Below, piece by piece: positions 52,037-61,154 of a DNA stretch of 64,000 bases. The stretch is from positions 4,320,001-4,384,000 of the forward strand of contig OZ242029.1 of assembly GCA_965205015.1 (NCBI GenBank), read 5' to 3'. A model generated the notes under the pieces. That model did no database searches. It worked only from the letters and a program-made list of their open reading frames with translations, and was not told the DNA's origin. Every line of letters starts with the position of its first letter. Position 1 is the first letter of the stretch. This DNA is from Candidatus Poribacteria bacterium (GTDB lineage: Bacteria; Poribacteria; WGA-4E; WGA-3G). A program made the position numbers and the translations under genes.

Positions 52037-53845
52037 TTGGAATTTGAAGAAATTAAAGGAAACGTTTCGATTATCCCATTAGGAGGTTTAGGCGAATTTG
52101 GGCTTAACATGATGGTGTATGAGACCGAAGATGACATTATCGTCATTGATACCGGTTTCATGCTACCGAAATCAGACATGCCCGGGGTCGATCTGATATT
52201 ACCAGATATCCATTATCTTGTTGAACGACAGGAAAAGATTCGCGGGATCCTTCTAACTCACGGACATGAAGATCATATCGGTGCCTTATTCTACGTGCTA
52301 CGGCAGTTAGATGTGCCTGTCTATGGTACGCAGCTGACCCTGGCGATTGCCAGGGGGAGATTACGCGAATACGGTGTTCTCAGCAAGGCACAGCTCAATA
52401 CGATTGCACCCGGCGATACAGTGGAATTGGGTGATTTTTCAGCCGAATTCATCCATGTGACGCACAGTATTCCAGATACGGTAGCAATTGCGCTCCGCAC
52501 ACCCGTCGGTGTCATTGTCCATACAGGCGATTTCAAGTTCGACATGACCCCTATCGATGGAAAGTTGAGTGACATTCAGACGCTCGCGCGTTTGGGGGCA
52601 GAAGGTGTGCTTCTTCTCATCTCCGACAGTACAAATGCTGAGCGGCCCGGACAAACCCCTTCTGAGCGAAGTATTTATGGGACGATAGATAATATATTTC
52701 AGAAGACTGAGCAGAAGTTGTTCCTCAGCACTTTTTCTTCGAGTCTACACCGTATCCAACAATTCGTTGATTTGGCAAATATACACCGGAGGCTCGTTGC
52801 CGTCACTGGGCGTTCTCTGCTCAATAATATCCGCATCGCTTCTGAGCTCGGTTATCTCAACCTGAATCCGGCTTACCTCATCGATGCGCGCGATGCCTCC
52901 ATGTTCAAACCGAACGAGGTCATGATTTTAAGCACCGGCAGCCAAGGTGAACCCCGATCCGCATTGGCATTAATGGCGGTTGACAATCATCCGTTTTTAA
53001 AGGTAGAACCAGGGGATACTGTCGTCATCTCTGCCAGGATCATTCCGGGCAACGAAAAGGCTATCGGAAACGTCGTTAACCATCTGCTCAGACGCGGGGC
53101 AAAGATATATCATGAACGTAATGCAGACGTTCATGTATCAGGTCATGGGGCAAGCGAAGATCTGAAATTGATGCTCAATCTCTTGAAGCCTAAGTTTTTC
53201 ATACCGGTGCATGGTGAGTATCAAAACCTGATCCGGCATGCCGAACTTGCTGAGTCTGTGGGTATACCGAATGACAATATTAAAGTCGCTGAAGATGGCG
53301 AGCTCATTCGACTTACCTCGGAGACGTGTGAGATTTTTGGACGCGAAGGACGTTCCGGCCGCGTCCTTGTTGATGGCAAACCAGAATTTGAGCTTGAGGA
53401 TGTCGTCCTACGGGATCGTATCCAACTCGCCGAAGACGGTATTGTTATCCCTATTGTTGTCCTGTACAGTGATACGGGTGATGGCAGTCAGCCATCAGCC
53501 ATCAGCGATCAGGAAGAGGGCGGTCAGCAATCGGCGGTCAGCAGTGCGGAAGAGAATGTTTCTGCTGATAGCCAACTGCCGGTGGGTTCCGATGCCGATG
53601 CTAAAGCAGGACTCAACGCTGGACAGATAGAAATCATCTCGCGGGGATTTATCCAGATGGATAAATCGGAAGTACTGATAGAGGAAGCGAAAGAAATTAC
53701 CCTGAGCGTCCTTGAGAACCTGAGCGATGAACAGAAGCAGGAGACGGAGACAGTCCAAGACGAGATCCGAGGTGCGCTCCGCCGATTCTTCTCGAAACGG
53801 ATGCAACGGACACCGCTGGTCTTCCCAGTCGTCATGCGGGTTTGA
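52037..53845 (+). CDS. rnj: Ribonuclease J (with a C-terminal in-frame insertion)
   Basis: PLGGLGEFGLNM, THGHEDHIG, HTGDFK, TGSQGEP, HVSGH, PVHGE. Confidence 0.95.
   Translation: MEFEEIKGNVSIIPLGGLGEFGLNMMVYETEDDIIVIDTGFMLPKSDMPGVDLILPDIHYLVERQEKIRGILLTHGHEDHIGALFYVLRQLDVPVYGTQLTLAIARGRLREYGVLSKAQLNTIAPGDTVELGDFSAEFIHVTHSIPDTVAIALRTPVGVIVHTGDFKFDMTPIDGKLSDIQTLARLGAEGVLLLISDSTNAERPGQTPSERSIYGTIDNIFQKTEQKLFLSTFSSSLHRIQQFVDLANIHRRLVAVTGRSLLNNIRIASELGYLNLNPAYLIDARDASMFKPNEVMILSTGSQGEPRSALALMAVDNHPFLKVEPGDTVVISARIIPGNEKAIGNVVNHLLRRGAKIYHERNADVHVSGHGASEDLKLMLNLLKPKFFIPVHGEYQNLIRHAELAESVGIPNDNIKVAEDGELIRLTSETCEIFGREGRSGRVLVDGKPEFELEDVVLRDRIQLAEDGIVIPIVVLYSDTGDGSQPSAISDQEEGGQQSAVSSAEENVSADSQLPVGSDADAKAGLNAGQIEIISRGFIQMDKSEVLIEEAKEITLSVLENLSDEQKQETETVQDEIRGALRRFFSKRMQRTPLVFPVVMRV
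53482..53602. repeat. Heptamer-ended repeat element (copy F) inside the rnj CDS
   Basis: GCAGTCAGCCATCAGCCATCAGCGATCAGGAAGAGG...GCTGATAGCC resembles the intergenic copy at 4498. Confidence 0.65.
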
Positions 53846-53927
53846 TAATGGTTCCCAAACGCGCAGTGAGAGTAAAACAGAACTCTGATTTAACAGTCCT
53901 CCTCTTAACTGAAAACTGATAACTATA

Positions 53928-54054
53928 ATAGGACTTACGCAATGCGCAATGAATTGCGCTACTACAAACCACTACTCTTCGGAGAAATGCTTGTATTTAC
54001 AAGAGCCCCACGCTCGTAGTGAGGCGATTTATCGCCTCTTTGCGTAAGTCCTAT
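53928..54054. mobile_element. 127-bp MITE-like element
   Basis: Perfect 15-bp TIR ATAGGACTTACGCAA / TTGCGTAAGTCCTAT; no ORF; internal REP-like hairpins. Confidence 0.75.
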
Positions 54055-54074
54055 ATAAAAAGGACGGAATTAAA

Positions 54075-55229
54075 ATGAAAATATTTGCATTTATCGCGGC
54101 GATTGCTATCTTAATAGTCGGATTATCCGCCTGTGAGCGAGCGGCGCAGATTGTCCAACCTGCCACATCCGACGGAGTAGGAGCGAGTTCCACTGGCGAC
54201 CTCACCATCGGACTCGTTTTACCTTTGACGGGACACTTGGCTGCCACAGGTGAACTCATGAAACAAGGCTTTGACCTTGCCTTCGATGAAATTAACAACG
54301 CCCAGCTCGGTGGTACAAAATTCACATTCATCGTTGAGGATGACACCAGTACCCCTGAGGGGGCAGTGGACGCTTTCAACAAACTGATTCATCAAGACGG
54401 TCTGTCTGTTATTCTCGGTCCCGCGTCTTCAAGTGCGACTCGGGCAGCTTTTCCGGTCGCACAAGAGAATCAGGTCGTCGCTATGAGTGCCACAGCAGGT
54501 GCCCGTGGCCTCGGCGCAATCGGTGATTTTGTCTTTCGTGTGCCACTCGCGACAGATGTTTCGGCTCTTAAAGGTGTCGAGATAACACATGCAAAACTCG
54601 GGTATCAACGGGTCGCTACGCTCTATGACGACACCGATCTTTTCTCCACCGATCGAGACACAGCATTGCGGGAAGTTTTCGCTATGAAAGGTGTTGAGGT
54701 GCTCACCTCAGAAACTTTCCAGAGTGGCGATACCGACTTCTCGGCGCAGTTAACTCGGATAAAAGCGTTGAACCCGGAAGTTATCTTTGTCTCAGCGTTG
54801 CCCCCTGAAAAACCGGGGATCCTGATTCAAGCACGCCAACTCGGTATATCGGGCACCTTTATCGTTAGCTCCTTAACCGATCTTGAGGTCGAAGTCGCAG
54901 GGGCTGCCGCGGAAGGGGCAATTACTTTTATAGGGTGGCTCCCTACAGATGACACCCCCGGAAACCAAGCCTTTGTTCAGAAATATAGTGCCACTTACGG
55001 TATGGAACCAAACGCCTTCGCCACAGTATCGTATACCGCCGTCTATCTTTTAGCCGAGGCGATTAAGAATGCTGAGTCAACTGATGCCATCTCGATTCGA
55101 GATGCGTTGGCGAATATCACGGATTTTGACACGGTTTTAGGCAAGTTTTCTTTTGATGCCGACGGAGACGCTGTCTATGCCCCGAAGGCACTGATAGTAA
55201 AAGATGGGACATTGCAACCTTTTGAGTAA
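54075..55229 (+). CDS. Branched-chain amino acid-type ABC substrate-binding lipoprotein
   Basis: Lipobox LSAC; IGLVLPLTG, EDD, DFVFRV, DTDFSAQLTRIK. Confidence 0.88.
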   Translation: MKIFAFIAAIAILIVGLSACERAAQIVQPATSDGVGASSTGDLTIGLVLPLTGHLAATGELMKQGFDLAFDEINNAQLGGTKFTFIVEDDTSTPEGAVDAFNKLIHQDGLSVILGPASSSATRAAFPVAQENQVVAMSATAGARGLGAIGDFVFRVPLATDVSALKGVEITHAKLGYQRVATLYDDTDLFSTDRDTALREVFAMKGVEVLTSETFQSGDTDFSAQLTRIKALNPEVIFVSALPPEKPGILIQARQLGISGTFIVSSLTDLEVEVAGAAAEGAITFIGWLPTDDTPGNQAFVQKYSATYGMEPNAFATVSYTAVYLLAEAIKNAESTDAISIRDALANITDFDTVLGKFSFDADGDAVYAPKALIVKDGTLQPFE

Positions 55230-55556
55230 CCCATCAGACCTCGGTAGGTGGGGTTTCGTAACCGCCTCAGACGCCATGGGCCCGGTAGGGGCGGTTTCCT
55301 AACTGCACCGAATCGGCAAAAAAGACGCAAAATCGACAATTTATCCCTGGAGGGGCAGTCCTTGGTGGCTGCCCCATATCCATCATTTTAGGTTTGATAG
55401 AACAGCAATAGCAAACATCTCTAACCAACTGAAACACCGCTATGATAACGAAAGCCAATTTTAAAGATGTGCTCAAAACGCTTGGCTTCACTTGTGTCTA
55501 ATTAATTCCGTTTTTATTCTTAATAAGGACACATAAAGCACAGGAAAAAGAAAACT

Positions 55557-56960
55557 ATGAGAACACAAACGATGTATGAAAAAATATGGGAGGCGCATCT
55601 CGTTCGTGCCTCCGCAGACGAAGTGCCGATCCTCTATATTGACACGCACCTCGTTCACGAAGTCACATCCCCACAGGCGTTTGAGGGGTTAAGGCTCAAC
55701 AATCGGAAGGTCCGACGTCCGGATCTGACGTTCGCCACGATGGATCACAACGTCCCGACAACGGATAGGTCGCTGCCCGTCACTGATCTGATTGCGGCGA
55801 AGCAGATGAAAACGCTGGCGGAAAACTGCACTGAGTTTGACATCCCGCTCTACGATATCGATAGTCCTGAACAAGGCATCGTGCATGTCATCGGACCTGA
55901 ACTTGGCATTACACAGCCCGGCAAGACCATTGTCTGCGGGGATAGCCACACCTCAACGCACGGTGCACTCGGCGCACTCGCTTTCGGCATCGGCACGAGC
56001 GAGATTGAGCATGTCCTCGCCACGCAATGTCTCCTCCAACAGAAGTCGGAAACCTTTGAGATTCGGATTGATGGCACACTCCCCTACGGTGTGACGGCAA
56101 AAGACATCATTCTCTCTATCATCGGACATATCGGTATTGACGGTGGCAACGGTGCTGTCGTTGAATACACAGGCTCCGCTATCCGTGCCCTCAGCATCGA
56201 GGAACGGATGACGGTTTGCAATATGTCGATCGAGGCAGGGGCTCGCGCCGGTATGATTGCACCTGATGATACTACCTATGAATACATCGCTGGCAAACGT
56301 TTCGCACCGAAAGGTGAGGCGTTTGATGCGGCAGTCGAACACTGGAAGCAACTCCCGACTGACGAAGGTGCGACCTACGATCGCACTTTGCAACTCGATG
56401 CAGCAAAAATCGCACCGCAGGTGACGTGGGGCACCAACCCCGGTATGGTGACCGATGTGACAGGACATGTGCCAGACCCTGCAGACATGGCAACAGCCGA
56501 CGAAAAGACGGCTACCGAACACGCCTTAGCATATATGGATCTCAAACCCGGCACACCCCTCACAGATATTCCAGTGGATAGAGTGTTCATCGGCAGTTGT
56601 ACCAACTCCCGTATCAGTGATCTACGCGCTGCCGCGGAAGTCGCAAAGGGCAGGAAAGTCGCGGAGAACGTTAGTGCAATGGTCGTTCCTGGCTCACAGG
56701 CGGTTAAACGCCAAGCGGAAGCGGAAGGGCTCGACGAGGTTTTTCGAACCGCTGGTTTTGAGTGGCGAGAAGCCGGTTGTAGCATGTGTCTCGGTATGAA
56801 TCCTGATACCTTAATGCCGGGTCAACGCTGTGCCAGCACATCGAACCGGAATTTTGAGGGAAGACAGGGCAAAGGCGGACGCACGCACCTTGTCAGCCCG
56901 CAGATGGCGGCTGCGACTGCTGTCACAGGGCACTTTGTGGATATCCGAACGTTTGGGTAG
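55557..56960 (+). CDS. leuC: 3-isopropylmalate dehydratase large subunit
   Basis: [47 protein letters not shown]. Confidence 0.97.
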   Translation: MRTQTMYEKIWEAHLVRASADEVPILYIDTHLVHEVTSPQAFEGLRLNNRKVRRPDLTFATMDHNVPTTDRSLPVTDLIAAKQMKTLAENCTEFDIPLYDIDSPEQGIVHVIGPELGITQPGKTIVCGDSHTSTHGALGALAFGIGTSEIEHVLATQCLLQQKSETFEIRIDGTLPYGVTAKDIILSIIGHIGIDGGNGAVVEYTGSAIRALSIEERMTVCNMSIEAGARAGMIAPDDTTYEYIAGKRFAPKGEAFDAAVEHWKQLPTDEGATYDRTLQLDAAKIAPQVTWGTNPGMVTDVTGHVPDPADMATADEKTATEHALAYMDLKPGTPLTDIPVDRVFIGSCTNSRISDLRAAAEVAKGRKVAENVSAMVVPGSQAVKRQAEAEGLDEVFRTAGFEWREAGCSMCLGMNPDTLMPGQRCASTSNRNFEGRQGKGGRTHLVSPQMAAATAVTGHFVDIRTFG

Positions 56961-57017
56961 GAAGATTGGAAGGTGTTGTTTTCCTGCTATCTCCAACATA
57001 AGAAGGAAACAGAAAAG

Positions 57018-57599
57018 ATGGAAGCATTCAAAGAACACGTTGGACGTGTTGTCCCGCTTGACCGAATTAACGTTGATACCGACCAGATTATCCCGAAACA
57101 ATTCCTGAAACGGATTGAACGGACCGGTTTCGGTGAATTTCTCTTTAACGACTGGCGTTACCTTGAGAATGGGGATCCGAACCCAGAGTTCGTGCTAAAC
57201 CTCCCACGCTATGCCGGTGCCAGTATTCTCATTGCTGGTGCGAATTTCGGTTGTGGGAGCTCCCGCGAACACGCCCCGTGGGCACTCCAGCAGTACGGTT
57301 TCAAAGCGATTCTCGCGCCCTCATTTGCTGATATTTTTCGCAATAATTGCTACAAGAACGGTATTCTCCCGATAGCCTTGCCTGCGGATGTTATCACATC
57401 ACTCAGTCAAGAAGCACAGGACACCGAGGGCTATCAACTAATGATAGACTTGGAACAACAGTCGGTGATTTGCGCTGATGGCACCGCCCATAATTTTGAA
57501 ATCGGCGATTTTGAGAAGTACTGCCTGCTCAATGGGCTGGACGAAATCGGCTGGACCTTGCAGTATGAGGCGGATATTGCTGCTTATGAAAATCAATAG
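57018..57599 (+). CDS. leuD: 3-isopropylmalate dehydratase small subunit
   Basis: [29 protein letters not shown]; ATG at 57018. Confidence 0.96.
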   Translation: MEAFKEHVGRVVPLDRINVDTDQIIPKQFLKRIERTGFGEFLFNDWRYLENGDPNPEFVLNLPRYAGASILIAGANFGCGSSREHAPWALQQYGFKAILAPSFADIFRNNCYKNGILPIALPADVITSLSQEAQDTEGYQLMIDLEQQSVICADGTAHNFEIGDFEKYCLLNGLDEIGWTLQYEADIAAYENQ

Positions 57600-57674
57600 A
57601 TTAGTTTCCATATTCGAGGTCTATGGTATCCGTTTTGATCACTAATTGCGGTAAAATTAAGGTGGAGATAAAGG

Positions 57675-57935
57675 ATGGCACATGCCAAAAAGATAAGAGC
57701 AACCTACAAAAACGGAGTGATTGCGCCGTTAGATAAAATTAATCTTCCCGAAGGACAAGCACTTGAGGTAGAAATAAAAGCTCTTCCCTCCATCACTTCC
57801 GAACTTTCTCTTGACCAAAAGAGAGAATTGATTCAGAAAACTCGCGGCTCAATGAAAGGCACATGGGGAAGTAATGTTGAAGAAATTAATGCATACATCC
57901 GGTCAGAAAGGAACTCATGGGATCGAGAGTTTTAG
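57675..57935 (+). CDS. AF2212/DUF104-like antitoxin
   Basis: IRATYKNGVIAPLDKINLPEGQALEVEI; tail EINAYIRSERNSWD. Confidence 0.8.
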   Translation: MAHAKKIRATYKNGVIAPLDKINLPEGQALEVEIKALPSITSELSLDQKRELIQKTRGSMKGTWGSNVEEINAYIRSERNSWDREF

Positions 57936-57994
57936 ATTTTCACTGAGTCTATCCTCAAACGGTATCAGTGTTTTTAGATGCCAATGACAGAGAC
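57917..57994 (+). pseudogene. Remnant of a PIN/VapC toxin gene
   Basis: ATG overlapping the antitoxin end reads MGSRVLDFH*VYPQTVSVFLDANDRD: a PIN N-terminal VFLDAN motif fused to an NDRD C-terminal-like motif. Confidence 0.5.
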
Positions 57995-58004
57995 TCGAAG
58001 AAAT

Positions 58005-58042
58005 CAGGCACTTGTGGGTTAACCATAACAGTGCCTGTTTTT
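58005..58042 (+). terminator. Intrinsic terminator
   Basis: CAGGCACT / AGTGCCTG stem followed by TTTTT. Confidence 0.65.
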
Positions 58043-58117
58043 ATTTATTTGGCGAAATTTGGTGTGTCTATGGTTTTATAGGATCGCTTTTTTGCTTTTT
58101 GACAGGAGGACTGAACA

Positions 58118-59617
58118 ATGGCTCATTTTTTTTCTGAAGCAAGCCGGACTTTCAGTGAGTACTTGCTTTTACCTAACTTAACAACGAAGGATTGTATCCC
58201 GGAAAATGTTGTCCTGAGAACCCCTCTGGTGAAGTTTGAAGTCGGGCAACACCCTTCCCTGGAGGTGAATATTCCGTTGGCTTCTGCCATCATGCAAGCC
58301 GTTTCGGATCACAATTTGGCGATTGCACTGGCGAGACAGGGCGGGATATCCTTTATTTATGGGTCTCAAAGTATTGAAGAGCAGGTAGCAATGGTCCGAG
58401 CCGTTAAAAACCACAAAGCGGGTTTTGTCGTCAGCGACTCAAATTTAAAGTGTGATAACACAATATCAGATGTCGTGAAACTCACCCAAGAAACAGGGCA
58501 CTCGACGATCGCTGTAACCGAAGATGGCTCCCCGTCAGGTGAGCTGCTCGGACTGATAACGGATAAGGACTATCGATTGAGTCGCGTGGATTTAAATACG
58601 AAAGTCAGCGAATTGATGACACCGTTTTCTCAGTTGATCGTTGGTCGAAAGGGAATTACGATTGAAGGTGCCAACGACCTCATTTGGGAACACAAGATAA
58701 ATTGTCTACCGATTGTTGATGAAAATCGTAAACTGGTCCACTTGGTCTTTAGAAAGGATTACGATGACCATAAGAAGAATCCTCTTGAATCCATAGATTC
58801 CCAGAAAAGACTTATCGTCGGTGCCGGTGTGAATACAAGAGATTATAAGGAAAGAGTTCCAGCACTGGTAGAGTCAGGCGTTGATATTATTTGTGTTGAT
58901 TCGTCTGAGGGGTATACAGAATGGCAATCAGACACCATAAAATTCATTAAAAATACGTACGATGGGACTGTGAAAGTGGGCGGCGGGAATGTCGTTCACG
59001 GAGATGCCTTTATGTATCTGGTCGAAGCCGGTGCTGACTTTATAAAAGTGGGTATCGGTGGCGGTGCTATCTGTATAACAAGGGAACAGAAAGGTATTGG
59101 TCGTGGGCAAGCGACTGCCGTCATTGAAGTCGCTCGGCAAAGGGACCTGTATTTGAAGGAAACCGGGGTTTACGTGCCCATTTGCTCAGATGGGGGTATA
59201 TTCCAAGATTATCATATCGGTTTGGCGCTTGCCATGGGTGCTGATTTTGTGATGATGGGCAGATATTTTGCGAGATTTGATGAAAGTCCAAGTAAGATCA
59301 GAAAACTGGGTATGAATACAGTGAAAGAATATTGGGGAGAAGGCACAAAACGAGCCGCCAATTGGCAGCGTTACCACGAGGGCGGCGGTCCAGAATTGTT
59401 GTTCGAGGAGGGTGCTGATGCCTATGTCCCTTATGCAGGAAAGATGAACGATAGTTTGAAAACGACCCTCGCAAAAATCCGATCGCTCATGTGCAATTGT
59501 GGGGCGATATCCCTACCGGAATTCCGTCAAAAAGCGAGATTCGTGTTAGTCTCTTCAGCAAGTATTCGTGAAGGCGGGGTCCACGATATTATCCCAAGAA
59601 CGACGCAGGATGGATAA
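58118..59617 (+). CDS. guaB: IMP dehydrogenase (CBS subdomain)
   Basis: [28 protein letters not shown] catalytic Cys loop, SDGGI, KEYWGEG. Confidence 0.93.
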   Translation: MAHFFSEASRTFSEYLLLPNLTTKDCIPENVVLRTPLVKFEVGQHPSLEVNIPLASAIMQAVSDHNLAIALARQGGISFIYGSQSIEEQVAMVRAVKNHKAGFVVSDSNLKCDNTISDVVKLTQETGHSTIAVTEDGSPSGELLGLITDKDYRLSRVDLNTKVSELMTPFSQLIVGRKGITIEGANDLIWEHKINCLPIVDENRKLVHLVFRKDYDDHKKNPLESIDSQKRLIVGAGVNTRDYKERVPALVESGVDIICVDSSEGYTEWQSDTIKFIKNTYDGTVKVGGGNVVHGDAFMYLVEAGADFIKVGIGGGAICITREQKGIGRGQATAVIEVARQRDLYLKETGVYVPICSDGGIFQDYHIGLALAMGADFVMMGRYFARFDESPSKIRKLGMNTVKEYWGEGTKRAANWQRYHEGGGPELLFEEGADAYVPYAGKMNDSLKTTLAKIRSLMCNCGAISLPEFRQKARFVLVSSASIREGGVHDIIPRTTQDG

Positions 59618-59620
59618 AAA

Positions 59621-61153
59621 ATGAAAACTCTCAACAACGAAATCGCGCTTAATCTTGACGGTGATGCAGAGGTGTCTGTCAAAGGTTTCATCGCGCCGAT
59701 TGAGTCCATGGACCCCAATTTCCATGAAGAATGGGATGCGCTGGCAAATTTGCGCGTTGCTGAACCGGAAAAGGCGTACTTTACTTCGGTTTTCCAAGCG
59801 TTCCTTCCAGATAAGCCTGTCTCCGTTGGGGATTACTGGCAGATTGACGACCAAGGCGCGCTTGCCTTGCTGAGGCAATTTCAACCCAATCCGAATCTGG
59901 ATATGCACATTAACGTCGGAGATTCCCGTGGTTTATGGGCATGCCTACGCGCGTACAACGCTGAATTCGCTGATATTGTGTTCCGCATCCATGCGGAATT
60001 TGCGTTAGAGGACGGTTGGTTCACGCCTTCTCAGTTTGCTGGACATCTGGTTATTGACCGTATGAAGAAGCGTGTCGTGTTTTTCCAGATGCGTGTTCCT
60101 GAAGATACATCGTTTGATGTCAACTGGAGGAAACACAAAGATCACTCTGGTTTTATTACCGGTGGTGGCGTTTGTCCGCACATTGAGCTTCTTACGAAAA
60201 TGCCAGATGTTACTCAGGAAACCGAGTTCACAACATCAATCGCGCGAGAAGAGGCTGAACGCATACTGATACAACGCTTCTATAAATCACAGCAAATTAA
60301 CTGGGTGCCATTTGAAGAGGCATCAGAAATATCACAAGCACAACAGAAACCGATCCATACCATTTCAGTCGATGGACCGCTCGCGGACGAGGCATGCTGA
60401 GGGAGCGGCAAAAACTTGAGGGCAGTTGTCCTCTCCGACGAACGAATCATTGAATTTCTGAACGAAAATTTTATCAATACGTGGGTGCGTAATGCCGAGC
60501 TTAGACGCATGCGTGATTCCCAAGGATTTGAGGAAATGCCTCCCTTGGCACGCACAATCATTACTAACAAATGGCGAAGAGGTCCAGTAGATACGTGGGT
60601 TATATCTCCCGAACTTGAAGCGATAGGACACGTAGCGGTCAATGATTACCTTGACAACAACCGCTGCAAGGATGGGACTTTGGAGAGTGAGAATTACCTC
60701 CTATTTCTCACGAATTCCTTAGAGGCAAAACTCCCCGGATTCGGGAACACTGTTCTCACACCCGAGCAACCCTCCCAACGAATATTGGACGTTGTTCGCA
60801 CCCCAGAATATGGACATCAAGACTACACGGTTGTCGTGATTGACACCACTGCATTTGAAAGAGGCGGTGCACTCATCATCGATATTGAAGTAGGTGGTGA
60901 AAAGGCGTATGGATCATTTCATCTTCTGGATGCCGATCACAAACTTACCTTTGATCCTTATTACAAACGTCCCGAAGGAATCCTTCTTGAGGAATCGCAC
61001 GACACAGGTTGGTTGAGTCCCAATGAAACGGGACAAATGACACATCGTTTTGAGTGTGGACAGATCTTCAAATTGGTCGCTCTGGGCTGGGCATCTAACG
61101 AGAAAGGAAGCATCAACGCTTTTCACGCAAGAATTTCTGTAGAGGAAAAGTAA
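59621..61153 (+). CDS. Selenoprotein N (SELENON)-like protein, copy 1, 510 aa with Sec at TGA 60398-60400
   Basis: ORFs 59621-60400 and 60416-61153 are in frame and separated only by TGA + GSGKN. The junction reads DGPLADEAC-U-GSGKNLRAVVLSDERIIEFLNENFINTW; FRIHAEF and WFTPSQFAGH motifs match SELENON as recalled. Confidence 0.88.
60418..60433 (+). promoter_or_regulatory. Putative bacterial SECIS hairpin, copy 1
   Basis: GAGGGC-AGTT-GTCCTC starting 17 nt after the in-frame TGA. Confidence 0.65.
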
Positions 61154-61154
61154 A

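Noticed and set aside
55230-55556. Leucine attenuator or T-box upstream of leuC
   Set aside because: A hairpin is present (GGGGCAGTC...GGCTGCCCC), but I found no Leu-rich leader peptide or T-box motif.
57944-57946. In-frame TGA in the PIN remnant as selenocysteine
   Set aside because: No redox motif or SECIS-like hairpin at the expected distance, and the frame is a deleted remnant.
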